From Anthoceros angustus (taxonomy: Eukaryota; Plantae; Anthocerotophyta): 64,000 nucleotides of DNA. Positions 62,501 to 64,000 of the stretch are shown here, one piece after another (position 1 is the first letter of the stretch; the number at the start of each line of letters is the position of its first letter). The notes under the pieces were generated by a model. That model made no database searches. It saw nothing but the letters and a program-made list of their open reading frames with translations, and was not told the DNA's origin. The DNA lies in contig VJWM01000106.1 in NCBI GenBank assembly GCA_010909165.1, positions 1 to 64,000 of the forward strand, in the 5' to 3' direction. The position numbers and the translations under genes were made by a program.

Positions 62501-64000
62501 AGACGCTCATTTGCTTCATGATGGAATCAATTTTAATGCACATTGTCACTCATCGGTGCCTTGTTGCGTGATTAAGTCCGTGAACCTGGCCCATCTCGAG
62601 CGAGGTTAGTGGCAAAGTTGGCAATCGTGGCTATGCATGGGCCTATCGCTGCTAGCATTGTGGCTGTGGTGGTCAATTATTGTTTTAATGCGGTGTGATT
62701 GCGAATCTTTGTGCCCAATCGAGAGGGAGGCCCCATTGAAGCGAAGACGAACGGCCCCAAGCGGCGTGGGGATGGAGAAGAGGGTGTAGAGGAAAAGAAT
62801 AAGCGAAGGAAGAACAAAGGGCCCCAATATCTTTGGACCGGTATGCCTCGTAATATGACGACCGGTATGCGTGGCTTTGCTAGTCGATGGTGCGCTGCAC
62901 GAGCATCGACTGCAAACGTGCCTCCCTCTGCAAACGACGTTGGGTATCCGAGTCAATGAGTGTCCAGACCACTGCGAGGACGATTAGCTTGGTGGTGGAT
63001 AATATGACCTTTTAAATTGTTGTAGGCCATTCATTTATAACGAGGTCTACACCGGGTTACCTCTAAGGTTAATCCATATTTACAATTGTGGTAATTTGCA
63101 AATGGCGGAGTCATCAATTTGAATTTGAAAATGAAGTCTCCGAGCATAACGACGTGGTTTACAAACCGCACTGGCTGACTAGATTCATCCTTCACGACCA
63201 ATCGCGACAATACACGGAAAATGCAAATAGTGTGATGGGCGGCCCCACGCATGCATCTTCACTGGCCGATCGTGTGTGTGTAAAGACGGCGCTACCGCTG
63301 TCTCGTAGCGCCGTTTCACAAGGTGGGCACGTGCCTTTTGCCAAGAACGGAAAATGTGGCACACCGGCATAGTTGGACGAAATTCCACCGGTCGGGATGA
63401 GCGGGCCGGGGATCCCACCACTCCACTAATGGTTGAGCCGTCACTTGTCCCGGTTTGGACAACTTCCGGTTCCGTCACGGTGGGGCCCACCCACCCTAGT
63501 CGGTCAATGGCCACCGCTACCCTGTGCATCGTCAAGGAGATTCGATCCAAAACCGGCCGGGCCAAACGCTACATAATTCTCGAATATGATGTGTTTTGAA
63601 TGACGCCAAAAAACGTTTCGACAAACCGAGGCGTTATTGTTTAGCCCTTGCCGTTATTTTAGCGTCTTTGTGCCATCATAAGGGTAGATGCAAGCTTGGT
63701 GTTCCATACAAGTGTGCAACGGATGCAACACGGTTTTTGTCCACATGTGGACATGTTATTGAAGGAAAAATTTTAAATATTGTAATTTTGATCCGAATGG
63801 CTTGAAACTTTTCAGCTAAGAGTCACCCAAATGTCGGTGGTACACAAAAATTCCAGCGCAAAATAAGTAGGATTAGGCTTTGAACTATATTCACGGGTAT
63901 TCCCTTTGAAGGTAGCATACGGACCACTAGATATGGTACAGTGAGTCCACATCAAAAACGGGGAGAGAATATCGTATCAAAATTTGAATGTGCGTGTAGA

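Larger units (their letters stand above)
54991..64000 (+). mobile_element. Large CACTA/EnSpm transposon, right end probably outside the window
   Basis: CACTACTACAATG at 54991 truncates a minus-strand ORF and is followed by tatgacg/cgtctcataa subterminal-like motifs; transposase domains lie downstream. Confidence 0.75.

Noticed and set aside
63930-63945. cagtg as the right CACTG terminus of the large CACTA
   Set aside because: Flanking bases are not complementary to the CACTACTAC left end and the cct TSD is not repeated.

Overview
Eukaryotic, transposon-dense nuclear DNA with plant-type signatures (F-box gene, RLK/Pelle kinase fragment, plant-type tRNA-Gly, Copia with tRNA-iMet PBS, CACTA and MULE elements). 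A streptophyte alga or early land plant is my inference, not a direct observation. Almost every reading frame is broken by small indels and several 0.5-2.6 kb blocks are repeated in a staggered way, so the sequence looks like a noisy long-read consensus; domain calls were made by joining motifs across frames by eye and coordinates are approximate unless a terminus is quoted. Layout: (1) 907-10282, a minus-strand Ty3/Gypsy-type element whose pol reads protease, C5 cytosine DNA methyltransferase, RT, RNase H, integrase, PHD finger, unknown tail. It has no recognisable PBS, PPT or TSD and its terminal repeats are arranged as split direct repeats (A1...B1-A2-B2) with a GACA-GA-TGTC junction. (2) 10.8-34.1 kb, a MULE/SWIM transposase interrupted by a TIR element and a satellite-bearing non-autonomous CACTA, with a Copia element (TTTAA TSD) inserted downstream. 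(3) 34-46 kb, a host-gene island with two copies of a small secreted cysteine-rich protein that resembles fungal Ecp2/KP4-like proteins, an F-box gene, a kinase fragment and tRNA-Gly remnants. (4) A LINE joined to the 5' half of tRNA-Gly at the anticodon. (5) A second CACTA copy, a deleted chromovirus and a large CACTA with transposase that runs off the window. Best candidates for a new system: the methyltransferase/PHD Gypsy with split repeats, the effector-like secreted protein pair, and the tRNA-Gly/LINE junction.
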